Assembly (NCBI GenBank): GCA_963781885.1
Contig: CAWAHW010000002.1
Location: 320,001-384,000 of the forward strand
Source of the DNA: an uncultured Spirochaetota bacterium
GTDB lineage: Bacteria > Spirochaetota > Spirochaetia > SZUA-6 > Fen-1364
Length of the DNA: 64,000 bases
Direction of reading: 5' to 3'
Positions 38,195 to 48,560 of this stretch are shown here, piece after piece; position 1 is the stretch's first letter; every line of letters starts with the position of its first letter. The notes beneath the pieces are model-generated. The model was not told the DNA's origin, made no database searches, and worked only from the letters and a program-made list of their open reading frames with translations. A program made the translations under genes and the position numbers.

Positions 38195-40327
38195 GATGCT
38201 GCCCTCGCGCCCGTGGGGCCGTCGGGCCTGCACGGCAGGCTCAGGGAGAAGCGTGCGCCGCGGCCTTCCCGGCTTTTCACGTCGATCGCCCCGTTGTATT
38301 TCGTGACGATGCCGTACACCACGGACAGGCCGAGGCCCGTGCCTTCCCCGTTGGCCTTCGTCGTGAAGAACGGGTCGAAGATGCGCGGCACGATCTCCTT
38401 GGGAATGCCCCCGCCGGTATCCGCGATCGACAGTGCCACGCGGCCGGTGCCGTTCACGCGGCGCGTGCTGATGAGGATCCTCCCCGGCCCGTCGATGGCC
38501 CGAATCGAGTTGGAAAGCAGGTTGATGACGACCTGCTTCAGCTCATCCGTGCTCACGACGGTCGCGGGCAGGTCCTTTCCCAGACGGGTGTCGATGCGGA
38601 TCCGCTCTTCCCGGGCGAGGGAGCGGCTCACCAGCCCGATCACCTCCCGCACCACCTGGTTCACATCGGAGCCGGCCGTGCGGTCGGAATCGGTGGCGGC
38701 GAAGTTCAGAAGCTCCTGCACGATGCGCGCGATGCGCCGCGTCTCCTGCTCGATCCACTTCAGGGAGACGCGCCGCTCGGGGCTCGATTCGTCGTCGATG
38801 AGATTCTGCACGTTCGTGAGGATGGACCCCAGCGGGTTGTTGATCTCGTGGGCCATGCCCGCGGACAGCATGCTGATGGTGGCGAGCTTCTCCGCCTGGA
38901 AGATCTTCTGCTCCAGCTCCGTCTTCGCGCTGATGTCCTCCGCCATGAACACGCATCCCGAGGCCTCGTGGAACTCGCCCTCCGAGCTGTAGAAGGGGTA
39001 GAGACGGATCTCGTAGACCCTGCCCCTCCCCGAGCGCTTCACTTCCGAATGGAACTCGCGCTCCCGGCGGAAGATGGAGAAGATTTTCTCCGCGATCGAC
39101 TCATCGATGATGTCGATGGCGAGGTACGTGAGGGGCACGCCGATCACGTGCGCCTCCGACAGGTGGAACGATTCGAGGAAGGCATTGTTCGCCTTCTCCA
39201 CGACCAGGTCGCGGTTGACGATCGCGATGCCGGCCCGGATGGAGTCGACGATTTTCTCATTGTATTCCTTCAGGAGCATCGTCTCCTGGAGCGCCTCGTG
39301 GATCGCGGTGCGATTCTGGGAGAGCTCGCGCGCCATGTCGTTGAAGCTCGTGAAAAGCCTCCCGATCTCGTAGCCGCCGATGGTGCGGACCTGGGTGTCG
39401 AGCGCCCCTTCGCGGATGCGCCTCATCGCGGCGAACAGCTCGGCGATGGGATGGGTGATATTGCGCGAGAGGAAGATGCTGAGCACCAGGGTGAGCAGGG
39501 CGCCGGCAAGGGACACCGCGAGGATCGTCCTGTCCAGCAGGAGCAGCTTCGCGTCGTAAGGGTCATTGGAGAGGAAGGTCCCCAGAAAGAGCTCGTCCCC
39601 CTCCTGCCCATTGTCACAGGCGCCCTATCTTCTGGAATGCCGCGTTGAAGGTCTCCCGGCCCATGCGCTGGTCGTACAGCTCGCGGTAGGCGCTCTGCAT
39701 GCCGGCGGGGTCGAAGAAGCCGGGCGTCGCGTCCGGCGCGAGGGAGGATGCCATGACGCGCGTGCCCTGGAGGAATACCACGAATGACTTCCTGTTCAAC
39801 GTAAGCTGGGCGCAGAAGTCACGGTCGATGCGCTTGAGGAAAAAGGCATCGGCGCGTGGTCCCCCCGGGGCGCCGATGCGCGTCGCCCCGATGAGGCAGA
39901 GCGTGCCGCGGATGCTCACCAACTGGATGTAGGGGTACTCCCGGGAGTTGGCGAGCTCCTGCAGATCGGAAATGTCCAGGGTCCCGGGAAAGGTCTGGAC
40001 GAAACCCGAAACGCCCCCGCGCATGTTCTTCAGCGCCAGCGCATCCACCTTGCTCGTAAGCAGGAGCTCCCTCAAGGAGCGGTCGAGCGCATCCGGGGCT
40101 TCGCGCGCAACCCGCGGGGCGTTCGCGAGCTCGATGAGGCTTTTCCAGATCTGGCGCTTCCAGGAGTTGAAGCCGTCGTAGAGGACGGTCGCCTCATCCC
40201 CCAGCTCTCTGCCCGCGTCGGCGAGGTTGGCCCTTCGGGTGACGTTCGTGATCAGCAGGATCGTGAGCGCGGCCTGGAAAACAATGACGCCGATAAAAAA
40301 GAGGAATGTCTTCCTGAAAAGCTTCAT
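38191..40327 (-). CDS. Membrane sensor histidine kinase (HAMP-PAS-HisKA-HATPase); one +1 indel near 39616
   Basis: N-terminal TM and sensor domain, second TM, AHEINNPL, DPFFTTK, GTGLGL; removing one T gives a continuous 2136-nt frame. Confidence 0.88.
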
Positions 40328-41085
40328 GCGTCCTGTTTCACCACCGTTTCCGCCCCCACGATGAGGCTCACGACCTCATCGGCGTTGGTGTCCTTCGTGA
40401 TCAGCTCGGCGACCTTCTCTCCACGGCGCATGATGGCCATGCGGTCGGCGACCTGGAAGATGTCGTGCATCTGGTGGCTGATGACGATGATGCCGATGCC
40501 GTGGCTCTTCAGCAGGTTGATCGTGTCGATGACCTTCTTCTGTTCTGCCACGCCGAGGGCCGCGGTGGGCTCGTCCATGATGAGGAACTTTGCGTCCCAG
40601 TAGATCGAGCGGGAGATGGCGACCGCCTGGCGCTGGCCGCCGGAGAGCGCCCGTATGCGGTTGCGAAGGGAGGGGATGAGGATGTCCAGCTTTTCCAGTA
40701 TCTTGCGGCTCTCCGTCTGCATGTACGAATGGTCCAGGACATTGAGGAAGCCCAGGATCTTTTTCATCTTCTCCCGTCCGAGGAAGATGTTGGCGGGGGT
40801 GTTGAGGTTTTCCGCCAGCGCAAGGTCCTGGTAGATCGTCTCGATGCCCATCGCCAGCGCGTCCATGGGGGAGTCGATCTGCACCTCCTTGTCCATGAAC
40901 AGGATCTTTCCCGAGTCCGCCTTGTACACCCCGGAGATCACCTTGATGAGGGTGGACTTTCCCGCCCCGTTGTCCCCGAGCAGCCCGACGACCTCTCCCG
41001 CCTGCACGCCCAGGCTCACGTTGTCGACGGCCACCAGACCGCCGAATCGCTTCGTGATATTCCTGACTTCAAGCACGAATCCCAT
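40324..41085 (-). CDS. Monosaccharide (CUT2) ABC ATP-binding protein, single domain
   Basis: GDNGAGKST, IYQDLAL, LSGGQRQ, MDEPTAALG. Confidence 0.93.
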   Translation of the reverse strand: MGFVLEVRNITKRFGGLVAVDNVSLGVQAGEVVGLLGDNGAGKSTLIKVISGVYKADSGKILFMDKEVQIDSPMDALAMGIETIYQDLALAENLNTPANIFLGREKMKKILGFLNVLDHSYMQTESRKILEKLDILIPSLRNRIRALSGGQRQAVAISRSIYWDAKFLIMDEPTAALGVAEQKKVIDTINLLKSHGIGIIVISHQMHDIFQVADRMAIMRRGEKVAELITKDTNADEVVSLIVGAETVVKQDA

Positions 41086-41089
41086 GCCG

Positions 41090-42136
41090 CTAGTCCTCCT
41101 TGTGAATCATCTCGGGGAAGAACTGGTCGATCAATACGGCAAAGATCAGGATGACCCCCACCGCGATGTACTTGTCGAAGGTCTGCACGCCCATCATCTT
41201 CAGCCCCATCTCCAGGATGGAGAGGATGAGGACACCGAGGATTGTCCGCCAGATGGTGCCCACACCGCCGAACAGGCTCGCGCCGCCGATCACGACGGCC
41301 ACGACCGAGTCGAGCATGAAGGAGGAGCCCGCGTCCGCCTTGCCCGACACGTACTCCAGCATGTAGATGATGCCCGAAAGGGTGGCGAAGAAGGAGGACA
41401 TGACGTAGATCACGATCAGGTGTCTGCTCGTGTTGATTCCCGCGCGCACCGCGGCATCGATATTGCCGCCAATGGCGTAGGTGTGCCTGCCGAACCGTGT
41501 GCGCTTCAGGAGGAACGCCGCCACCGCGATCACGAGCACTGTCACGACGACCATCGTGGGGATGATGTCGATCACGTCGGCTCCGCCTTCCGGGCGGGCG
41601 AAGAACCAGATACCCTTGCCGGGGACCAGGTGGATGAAGTAGCTGTTGCCGATGATGTTCGCCAGATTCGGCACGTTGATGGCGGCGGAGCCCTGCGTGA
41701 TCAGCAGGGAGGTGCCATAGGTGATTCCCTGCACGGCGAATGTCGCGAGGAATGGCGGCACCTTCAAGCGCGCCACCAGGACGCCGTTGACAAAGCCTGG
41801 GAGCAGGCCTATCGCGAGAGTGATCAGGATGGCAAAGAGGATTGAGAGCTCGGGAGGCAGCCCTAGAACATCGAAGCGAACGGCGAGCTTGGCCGACACG
41901 ACGGAGGCAAATCCCATGACGAATCCCACGGAGAGGTCAATGCCGCCCGTGACGATGACGAACGTCTCCGCGGTGGCGAGCAGGGCCAGGGTCGTGCTGT
42001 AAAACAGCACGATCTGGAAGCCGTTCAGGGAAAAGAACCCGCCCCCCAGGAAGCTGAAGAAGACCAGCTCGATGAGGAGGAAGAGCATGGCCCATCGTTG
42101 TCCGATGAGGGAGGTGAATCCGCGTGCGCGCGCCAT
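41090..42136 (-). CDS. CUT2 sugar ABC permease
   Basis: GGIDLSVG, TRFGRHTYAIGGN, AVVIGGASLFGG; SD AAGGAG. Confidence 0.92.
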   Translation of the reverse strand: MARARGFTSLIGQRWAMLFLLIELVFFSFLGGGFFSLNGFQIVLFYSTTLALLATAETFVIVTGGIDLSVGFVMGFASVVSAKLAVRFDVLGLPPELSILFAILITLAIGLLPGFVNGVLVARLKVPPFLATFAVQGITYGTSLLITQGSAAINVPNLANIIGNSYFIHLVPGKGIWFFARPEGGADVIDIIPTMVVVTVLVIAVAAFLLKRTRFGRHTYAIGGNIDAAVRAGINTSRHLIVIYVMSSFFATLSGIIYMLEYVSGKADAGSSFMLDSVVAVVIGGASLFGGVGTIWRTILGVLILSILEMGLKMMGVQTFDKYIAVGVILIFAVLIDQFFPEMIHKED

Positions 42137-42150
42137 TGTCCGCTCCTTGC

Positions 42151-43233
42151 TCAAAAGAGATCCGGGAAGAGCTGGTCGATCACGACCGCGACGATGAGGA
42201 TGAGCCCGACGGCGATGTAGCGGTAAAAGGGTTGGACGCCCGACAGGTTCAGCCCGTTCTCCAGCACCTTCAGGAGGATCACCCCGACGGCGGAGGCGAG
42301 TATCCGCCCCTTGCCGCCCATGAGGCTCGCGCCGCCGATGATGACGGCGGCGATTGCGAAAAGCTCCAACTGGGCGCCGAATGTCGTGAAGTTGCCGGTC
42401 CCGCTCTGGAAAAGGTCCACGACGCCCGCCAGACCCGCGAGGAAGGTGGAAAGGACGTAGACAAGGATGAGGTGCCGGCGGGTGTTGATGCCTGCCCGGA
42501 CGGCGGCGTCCATGCTGCCGCCGATGGCGTACGTGTGCTGCCCGAAGCGGGTGTTTTTCAGGAGGTGCCAGAGCAGGAGGAGAAAGACGAAGATGAGGAT
42601 GAAGGAAATCGGGGCGATCCGCACCAGCTCCTTGATCTGGTTGGCGGCGACGCTCGCCGGACGGGCGAAAAAGCTCCAGGCGCCGCTCGCGGGATGCACG
42701 TAGAGCACGTACATGTTGCCGATGTCCGTCAGCCCCGGCGGCAGGTAGCCGATCGGGAAGCCGCCGCAGATATGGTAGGAAACGCCGATGGCGATGCCCA
42801 TCGTCCCGAGGGTGGCGATGAAAGGAGGCACCTTGAAGCGCGCGATCATCACGCCGGCAACCAGACCGCACGCAACGCTGGCCGCGATCCCCACGACGAT
42901 CCCCACGAGCACGCTCGCCGGCGCGCTCCAGTGGGCCGCGTAGAGAAGCTGCATGGTGCTTGCAGACGCCACCGCGGAAAGCCCGAGGACGAAGCCGACC
43001 GAGAGGTCGACGCCGCCGGTGATGATGACGAATGTCTCGGCGCACGCGAGGAGGAGCCCCGTCGTCGCCAGGTGGATGATGCTCTGGAAGTTATTCAGCG
43101 CGAAGAAGTTCTTTCCCGTAAAGGAAAAGATCACGACGATGAGCACGAGAAAGAAAAAAGACCAGTTGCGCGCGAGCACGGAAAACACCGACGCCTTTTC
43201 CCTGCCGCCTGTTGCCAGAGCCTTGTCTCCCAT
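42151..43233 (-). CDS. CUT2 sugar ABC permease
   Basis: GGVDLSVG, PPFIATLG, AVIIGGASLMGG. Confidence 0.92.
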   Translation of the reverse strand: MGDKALATGGREKASVFSVLARNWSFFFLVLIVVIFSFTGKNFFALNNFQSIIHLATTGLLLACAETFVIITGGVDLSVGFVLGLSAVASASTMQLLYAAHWSAPASVLVGIVVGIAASVACGLVAGVMIARFKVPPFIATLGTMGIAIGVSYHICGGFPIGYLPPGLTDIGNMYVLYVHPASGAWSFFARPASVAANQIKELVRIAPISFILIFVFLLLLWHLLKNTRFGQHTYAIGGSMDAAVRAGINTRRHLILVYVLSTFLAGLAGVVDLFQSGTGNFTTFGAQLELFAIAAVIIGGASLMGGKGRILASAVGVILLKVLENGLNLSGVQPFYRYIAVGLILIVAVVIDQLFPDLF

Positions 43234-43305
43234 TGGTCACCTCTTCCCCGCGCCGATCGAAAAGCGATAGTACTCCATGATTGATGCAGTCGCAATCAGA
43301 AGGCG

Positions 43306-43335
43306 AAAAAAGGGCCGGCTCTCGAGAGCCGGCCC
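43306..43335 (-). terminator. Hairpin with T tract after the binding-protein gene (partial terminator or stabiliser)
   Basis: Perfect palindrome GGGCCGGCTCTCGAGAGCCGGCCC followed by T6 on the minus strand. Confidence 0.75.
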
Positions 43336-43351
43336 GCACGACGCACGTGAG

Positions 43352-44347
43352 CTACTTCGTATAGATGTACTGCTGCATGTCGGGGCTGTTGACGTTGTCC
43401 TTCGTGAAGAACTGGAACCCCGGGATGATTTTCTTCTGGGGAGCAGTCTTCGCGGTCAGGTACTTGTATCCCGCGTCCACGCCCAGTGACCCGATCTGGC
43501 CGGGAAGCTGCGCGAGCACCAGGTCGATGTCTCCTGCCTTCAGGGAATCGATGAGGGTCTGGGTCGCATCCCACGATGCGATCTTCACGGCGCCGGCAAG
43601 ACCCGCGTTCTTCACTGCCTGGGAAGAGCCCTGCGCGCTGAACACGTTCACGCCGAAGATTCCGACGATGTCGGGGTCCTTCTGCAGGGCCGCCGTGGTG
43701 AGCTCCATCGCCTTTTGCTGGTTGTCCATGCAGTAGTCCATTCCGACCAGCGTGATGTTGGGGAACTCCGCGATGCCTTCCTTGAACCCGTTGCCGCGGT
43801 CGATGACCGAGGAGACGTCAGGGTTCGTGTTGCACACGTAGACCTTGCCCTTCTCACCGATCAGCTTCGCCAGCTGCTCGGCAACCTGCTTGCCGCCCAG
43901 CTTGTTGTCGGTTCCGATGTACGCGAGCGGGAAGCTGTAGTCGCTGGCCTTGGAGTAGTCGCCGTCGCCGAGGTACGTGTCAACGGTGATCACGGGTATT
44001 CCCTTGTCGGAGATGGCCTTCAGAGGCGCCACGAGCGCTGTCGTGGAGGTCGGCGCGATGAGGAGGAGGTCGATGCCGCCTTTTGCCATGAGGGCCTGAA
44101 GGTTGGGGACCTGCTTGTCGGGGCCCCACGAATCAGGGTAATCACCGACGACGACGTTCACCCCGAGCTCCTTTGCCTTTGCGCGGATGCCCTTCTCCAT
44201 CGTATAATAGAAAGGATCGGCCACGCCCGGCATGAACGCGATGGTGATGGTCTTCTTTGCGGTTTCGGCCGTGCCGGTCGCGAACACGGGCACCGCCATC
44301 AGAGCAACGAGTGCCACAGCGAGAACAAGGATAAGAGATCTCTTCAT
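43352..44347 (-). CDS. Sugar ABC substrate-binding protein (RbsB-like)
   Basis: Signal peptide ending VFA-TGTAE; DPFY; IPVITVD; GTDN; SD GGAGG. Confidence 0.92.
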   Translation of the reverse strand: MKRSLILVLAVALVALMAVPVFATGTAETAKKTITIAFMPGVADPFYYTMEKGIRAKAKELGVNVVVGDYPDSWGPDKQVPNLQALMAKGGIDLLLIAPTSTTALVAPLKAISDKGIPVITVDTYLGDGDYSKASDYSFPLAYIGTDNKLGGKQVAEQLAKLIGEKGKVYVCNTNPDVSSVIDRGNGFKEGIAEFPNITLVGMDYCMDNQQKAMELTTAALQKDPDIVGIFGVNVFSAQGSSQAVKNAGLAGAVKIASWDATQTLIDSLKAGDIDLVLAQLPGQIGSLGVDAGYKYLTAKTAPQKKIIPGFQFFTKDNVNSPDMQQYIYTK

Positions 44348-44397
44348 ACAAACCTCCTGGCATAGATGAGAGAGTGGTTGACAACCGTTGGAAGAGT

Positions 44398-44413
44398 TGC
44401 AATAGGCGTGCCA
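44398..44413 (-). promoter_or_regulatory. Sigma54 -24/-12 promoter
   Basis: TGGCAC-GCCTA-TTGCA, exact consensus, 50 nt upstream of the SBP start; an NtrC-type activator is encoded downstream in the same orientation. Confidence 0.9.
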
Positions 44414-44726
44414 GGCAAGCCGGCGGATGACAACTAATGCAACTCTTTTTCCAGTAAAAAGATAGGAGGTGGGCCGTTCTGCGATGACGCGTCGCCGCGG
44501 CATCTATGTGTATAGCGAGATATCCAGTTGCTGGATACAAAAACACGCCATTGGCTGCACAGTGGCCATTTGCCGTGTCAAACCGCACATCCGCCTTTCC
44601 CCCGATGTGGGCATGGTGCGCTCGCCGAAGTCCCGAACCGCGCATCCGATGGTTTTCTCTTGCGGGTAAAAGGTCTACCCTCGGGGAGTCCATGCGTAGA
44701 TCAGTCTCGTTTTGCCATGAGAACTC

Positions 44727-47135
44727 ATGACAGGCCCGAATCGCGGTCCTGATAGCCCGAGGCTCATCGGCGTCTTTACCGCCCAGCTCGATGACGCCTA
44801 CCAGACGGCGATCTGGCGCGGCATCGAGGCGCGCGCCGGCGCCCGCGGCGTCGGAGTCATCTGCTTCGTCGGCCACAGGATCGCCTCCCCGATTGCCTCG
44901 GAGGCTGCGGCCAACATCGCCTACGGCCTCGCCGATCGGCGCAATATCGACGGCCTGATCGTCCTCTCCTCCGCCATAGCCACATTCCTCGACCGGGACG
45001 GAATGAGCAGGCTGTTCAGCGCGCGCCGGGGCATCCCCCAGGTCTCGCTGGGGCTTGCCGTTCCGGGCGTGCCGAGCGTCACCTCCGACGGCTCGGAGGG
45101 CATGGCGGTCGTCGTCCGCCACCTCGTGCGCGAGCATGGGTTGCGGCGATTCGCGATGATCGGCGGCCCGGCGGGCCACCTCGAGGCGGACGACCGCGAG
45201 CGTTCCTTCCGACGCACGCTCGCAGAATCCGACATCCCCTTCGACGAGAGACTGGCGACAAAAGGGACATTCCTCCGCTCGTCGGGTGAGGAAGCCGCCC
45301 GGCATTTCCTGGACACCGGCGTGCCGTTCGACGCCGTGGTGTGCATGAACGACCGCATGGCGCTGGGCGCCCTGGAGGTACTCCAGGCGGCCGGCCGGCG
45401 CGTCCCCGACGACGTCGCAGTGGTGGGTTTCGACGACACCGAGGAAAGCGGGTACGTCACCCCGTCGCTCACGACGGTCATGCAGCCCCTGCGCGAGCTG
45501 GGCACCTCCGCCGTGGACCTGCTCCTGGAGCTCATGGACGGGGTCGAACGGCGGGATCGCATCCTCACCTGCACGCCGGTGATCCGCGAATCCTGCGGAT
45601 GCCCGCCGCGCCGCACCTACGACGCGGACATGACCACGATGCCGCGCGACGCCACACCGGATGAGCTCGAGGCCGTGCGGGAACTGACCGCGTGCGCGGC
45701 CCGCGGCGATTCCGATGGCTTCATCGCCCGTCTCACCCGCGCCCTCGCCGCGACCACCATCGCCGGGGAAGCGCCCGGCAAGTGGAACAACTACCTCACC
45801 GCCGTGCGGGCGCAAACGGTGGCCGCGGACGGGGCGCGCGCGGAGGAAACGCTCTTCGAGTTCGCCCGGGTGCTCGTCGGGGAGGCGGAGGCGCGGCGCC
45901 AGGCCGCGCGCCGCGTCGCCGCGGAGCACCGCCTGGCGACGCTTCGGGCCATCAGCTCGTCGCTCGCCGGCGCCTTCGAGATGCCCGTCATGCTCGGGCG
46001 CCTCGAATCCGGACTCACGCGTCTGGGCATCGGTGGAGGCTACATCGCGCTGTTCGACCACCAGGCGCCCGACGCCGAGTGGTCCCGCCTGGTCATGGGG
46101 CCGCGCGCCGATGAGACGCACCCTTTTCCGCCGCGCGGCGTCCGTTTCCGCACGAAGCACCTCCTGCCCTCGGTGACTGCCGAACCGTGGCGCACCCGGC
46201 CCTGGGTGCTCGAGCCTCTTGTGTTCCAGGACGAACCGCTGGGTTTCACGTTGCTTCCCGGCGGCGCGGAAGAGCCGGCGGTCTATGACACGCTGCGGGA
46301 GCAGGTCGCGAGCGCGCTGAAGGGGGCGCTTCTCCTCGACCAGGTGCTCACGCACGAAAGGCGGCTGCAGGTGGCCGTGGCCCGGCGCACGGCGGAGCTC
46401 ACGAGCGCCAACGCCGAGCTCACCCGCGAGGTGGAGCGGCGTATGCGGCTGGAGCGCGAGGTGAGCGAGATCTCCGACCGCACGATGCAGCGCATCGGAC
46501 AGGACCTTCACGACGATCTGTGCCAGCACCTCGCCGGCATCGCGATGCTTACGTCCGTGCTCCGCGGCGCGCTCGCGGGCTCCGCGCCCGCCGCCGTCAC
46601 GGCCGTGGAGCACATCGGCACGCTCCTCGCCGATTCGATCACGCGCGCGAAGCAGATCGCGCGGGGGCTGTATCCGGCGGGCCTGGAGGAGAACGGGCTG
46701 GTGGCCGCCCTGGAGGAGCTCGTGGAAGCGGCGCGCCGCAATTACCCGGCCGTCGTCGAGCTCCGCGCCGCGCCCGACTTCCGCATGCCCGGCACCGACC
46801 GCGCGCTCCAGGTCTACCGCATCGTGCAGGAGGCCCTGTCCAATGCCCTGAAGCACTCGCGGTCGGCGCGCATCGAGGTGAAGCTCTACCGGGAGGACCC
46901 GCAGAGTCCCGGCAGTCGGCGGGGCGCGCGTCCGACGGAGGAACGGCGCACCGTGCTCGTGGCGGAAGTGAGCGACGACGGGGACGGCCTTCCCACGTCA
47001 GTCAACGGCAACGGCATGGGCCTGCGCATCATGCGGTACCGCGCGGAGACGGCCGGCGCGGAGCTGCGCATCGAGAGGCTCGCGCGGGGCACGCGCATCT
47101 CGTGCCGCATCGACAGTTCCCAGGGGGAGACGTGA
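44727..47135 (+). CDS. Soluble histidine kinase with N-terminal LacI-type sugar-binding domain (HisKA_3)
   Basis: NDRMALG...VPDDVAVVGFDD...LTTVMQP; RIGQDLHDDLCQ; RIVQEALSNALKH; GMGL; no TM segment or HTH. Confidence 0.9.
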   Translation: MTGPNRGPDSPRLIGVFTAQLDDAYQTAIWRGIEARAGARGVGVICFVGHRIASPIASEAAANIAYGLADRRNIDGLIVLSSAIATFLDRDGMSRLFSARRGIPQVSLGLAVPGVPSVTSDGSEGMAVVVRHLVREHGLRRFAMIGGPAGHLEADDRERSFRRTLAESDIPFDERLATKGTFLRSSGEEAARHFLDTGVPFDAVVCMNDRMALGALEVLQAAGRRVPDDVAVVGFDDTEESGYVTPSLTTVMQPLRELGTSAVDLLLELMDGVERRDRILTCTPVIRESCGCPPRRTYDADMTTMPRDATPDELEAVRELTACAARGDSDGFIARLTRALAATTIAGEAPGKWNNYLTAVRAQTVAADGARAEETLFEFARVLVGEAEARRQAARRVAAEHRLATLRAISSSLAGAFEMPVMLGRLESGLTRLGIGGGYIALFDHQAPDAEWSRLVMGPRADETHPFPPRGVRFRTKHLLPSVTAEPWRTRPWVLEPLVFQDEPLGFTLLPGGAEEPAVYDTLREQVASALKGALLLDQVLTHERRLQVAVARRTAELTSANAELTREVERRMRLEREVSEISDRTMQRIGQDLHDDLCQHLAGIAMLTSVLRGALAGSAPAAVTAVEHIGTLLADSITRAKQIARGLYPAGLEENGLVAALEELVEAARRNYPAVVELRAAPDFRMPGTDRALQVYRIVQEALSNALKHSRSARIEVKLYREDPQSPGSRRGARPTEERRTVLVAEVSDDGDGLPTSVNGNGMGLRIMRYRAETAGAELRIERLARGTRISCRIDSSQGET

Positions 47136-47794
47136 TGGCAGATCCAGTGACATTCCTCGTCGTCGACGACCACCCGGTGTTCCGCCAGGGTCTTGTGGCT
47201 CTCATCAAGAGCGACGAGCGCTACCAGGTCTGCGGCGAGGCAGGCACCGTGGCGGAATCCCTTGCCGCGCTGGAGAAGGCGGTGCCGGACATCGCGCTCG
47301 TCGACATCTCGCTGGTCGGCCAGAACGGCCTCGACCTGGTGAAGACGCTCAAGGCGACGCATCCCGAGGTGCTCGTGCTCATCATCTCCATGCACGACGA
47401 GGTCATTTACGCCGAACGGGCGCTGAAGGCCGGCGCGCGGGGCTACGTCATGAAGCAGGAGGCCGCCTCCGTCATGGTCGACGCCATCGAGACCGTGCTC
47501 TCAGGAAAGATCTACGTCTCTGCCATCATGCGCGACCGACTCCTGGAGACGATGTTCAGCCGCCGCGAGGAGACAGAGGCGCCGTCGGTGGAGCGCCTGA
47601 GCGACCGTGAGCTGGAGGTGCTCGATCTGATCGGCCAGGGCTATGGCGCGGCAGAGACCGCCAAGGTCATGAATCTTTCGGTGAAAACGGTCAACGCCTA
47701 CAGCGACCACATCAAGGAAAAGCTCCAGATCTCGAACGCCGGCGCGTTGCGCCGTTTTGCCGTGAAGTGGGTGCAGAGCCGGGACAGGCAATAG
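47135..47794 (+). CDS. NarL/FixJ-family response regulator
   Basis: VVDDHPVFRQG, LVDISL, LSDRELEV...SVKTV. Confidence 0.94.
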   Translation: MADPVTFLVVDDHPVFRQGLVALIKSDERYQVCGEAGTVAESLAALEKAVPDIALVDISLVGQNGLDLVKTLKATHPEVLVLIISMHDEVIYAERALKAGARGYVMKQEAASVMVDAIETVLSGKIYVSAIMRDRLLETMFSRREETEAPSVERLSDRELEVLDLIGQGYGAAETAKVMNLSVKTVNAYSDHIKEKLQISNAGALRRFAVKWVQSRDRQ

Positions 47795-48485
47795 TTCCTT
47801 TTGTGGCTCCTGTGCGATTCTGCCCAATTTCTTTGATGAAGCCTTGATGCGGCGCTGACAGCGATTTGTATCAAGGGCCGCCCACGCCGGTTCATGGAGG
47901 TGTCGCGTGGACATGGTGCCCGTGAAAAAAATCGGCGACATCTATCCGCAGAGGAATGGTATCCTGGCTCACGATAGACAACTGAATAGATCGAAGCGTC
48001 AGCGGGCAAATCGCAGACTCGGTGCGGAGATGAAACGGTAGGATTTCGTTCGCCCCGAAATTGGATCGGCAGGGATAGGTAATATCGCCTATTTTCGAAT
48101 TCGCCATTTGTCCGAGTCCGCAGTAATCCGAGACGCGCATCAGCATAGGAATAAATCCCTAATGTCCGCACCATGATTTTGGCGGCCAACAGAAAATGGC
48201 CGGGGACAGAAATATGAGTTCTTGCGCGAACGGCACGTGGCGCCTTTGCGTGACTGACAGCCGATGAGCAGAAATGCCTTTTTCACCTGAAATCCCATAT
48301 ATTCCGCAAAATATCCCAATAAATATTGGGTGAGTGTGCATTTTAGCGCAGGCGTCCGTCAGCGTCCCTTTCCTGTTTGCCAATTTCGAGTGCCGCATTG
48401 ACCGAAGACGGGAAGCGCTGTCGGAAAATCGGCGCGAGCGTTGCGCTCAGAAGTGAGTGATGCTTCTCTATCGCGCCTTTTTTTC

Positions 48486-48514
48486 TTGACGGCTGAAAAT
48501 GAATGATTTATGAT
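48486..48514 (+). promoter_or_regulatory. Sigma70-type promoter of the CUT1 ABC operon
   Basis: TTGACG-N17-TATGAT. Confidence 0.75.
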
Positions 48515-48560
48515 AACACGATTTTCAACTATTTCTTTTTACTAGAGAGGAGGTCTCTGG

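Noticed and set aside
39610-39620. Selenocysteine or read-through TGA in the sensor kinase
   Set aside because: The downstream half is in a different frame; a one-base insertion explains it.
47698-48398. Minus-strand ORFs of 79-163 aa in the long intergenic region
   Set aside because: Atypical composition and no recognisable domain or SD.
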